Below the pieces are notes generated by a model. The model saw only the letters and a list, made by a program, of their open reading frames with translations, had not been told where the DNA came from and did not search any database. From Planctomycetota bacterium (GTDB lineage: Bacteria; Planctomycetota; SZUA-567; H5-PLA8), in NCBI GenBank assembly GCA_045863855.1, contig BTVV01000142.1, positions 1 to 14,914 of the forward strand: a stretch of 14,914 nucleotides of DNA, given 5' to 3'. Positions 14,654-14,914 of the stretch are shown one piece after another. A program made the translations under genes and the position numbers. Position 1 is the stretch's first letter; each line of letters starts with the position of its first letter.

Positions 14654-14914
14654 TCAGTCGAGCTGGGTGCGGTTGCTGCGTAGTTCGTTGCTGCGGTAGG
14701 CCTCGATCAGCTCTTCCAGCAGTTCGATTTGAGCGCGAAGGGCGACGCCACGCTCGGTGTCGGCTACACGGCGCGGCTTGTCGTGGCGGCGCAATTCCCG
14801 AATCTCGGGAATGATGTCGACGCCGTCTCGCAACGCGGCATCCACGGATTCGAAATGGTGATGCTTGGCCAGGAAGGTGCGGTCGGCCTCCAACACCAGC
14901 GTATAGCCGTGATC
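14654..14914 (-). CDS. fbp: C-terminal fragment of class III fructose-1,6-bisphosphatase (gene runs off the right edge)
   Basis: The frame is open to the edge: DHGYTLVLEADRTFLAKHHHFESVDAALRDGVDIIP...RRVADTERGVALRAQIELLEELIEAYRS. This matches the class III FBPase C terminus pattern GYTL...H..FES...A...G.DI....V.DT..G..L..QI..L..L..AYR. The GTG at 14896 is internal. Confidence 0.8.
   Translation of the reverse strand, partial: DHGYTLVLEADRTFLAKHHHFESVDAALRDGVDIIPEIRELRRHDKPRRVADTERGVALRAQIELLEELIEAYRSNELRSNRTQLD

Noticed and set aside
1..14914. CRISPR arrays, tRNA/rRNA genes, IS elements, prophage or defence genes
   Set aside because: I saw no regularly spaced repeats, cloverleaf motifs, transposase/integrase ORFs or terminal inverted repeats. 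Almost all of the sequence is accounted for by metabolic and transport genes.

Overview
High-GC bacterial chromosomal segment. The ptsI style and the DUF6785-type membrane protein suggest a PVC/Planctomycetota-like organism, which is inference only. In order, it holds: ptsI (PTS Enzyme I) behind a good sigma70-like promoter and a ~140-nt hairpin-rich leader; a UlaE-like sugar-phosphate epimerase; a convergent large DUF6785/OPT-like membrane protein; a UPF0158-like protein with a long FG-containing low-complexity insert; a divergent cobA-hemD fusion; and purU. Next come a three-gene polyprenyl-phospho-arabinose donor cassette (dprE1-dprE2-ubiA/DPPR synthase-like) and a translationally coupled pair encoding a cNMP-domain/DASS (SLC13) permease fusion plus a membrane-anchored ABC-type solute-binding protein, with no ABC ATPase or permease. 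The window ends in the 3' end of a class III fructose-1,6-bisphosphatase. I found no RNA genes, mobile elements or CRISPR arrays. The best candidate for an undescribed system is the cNMP-DASS + binding-protein module, followed by the mycobacterial-type arabinofuranose donor pathway and the structured ptsI leader. All family calls come from motif recognition by eye, not from database searches.
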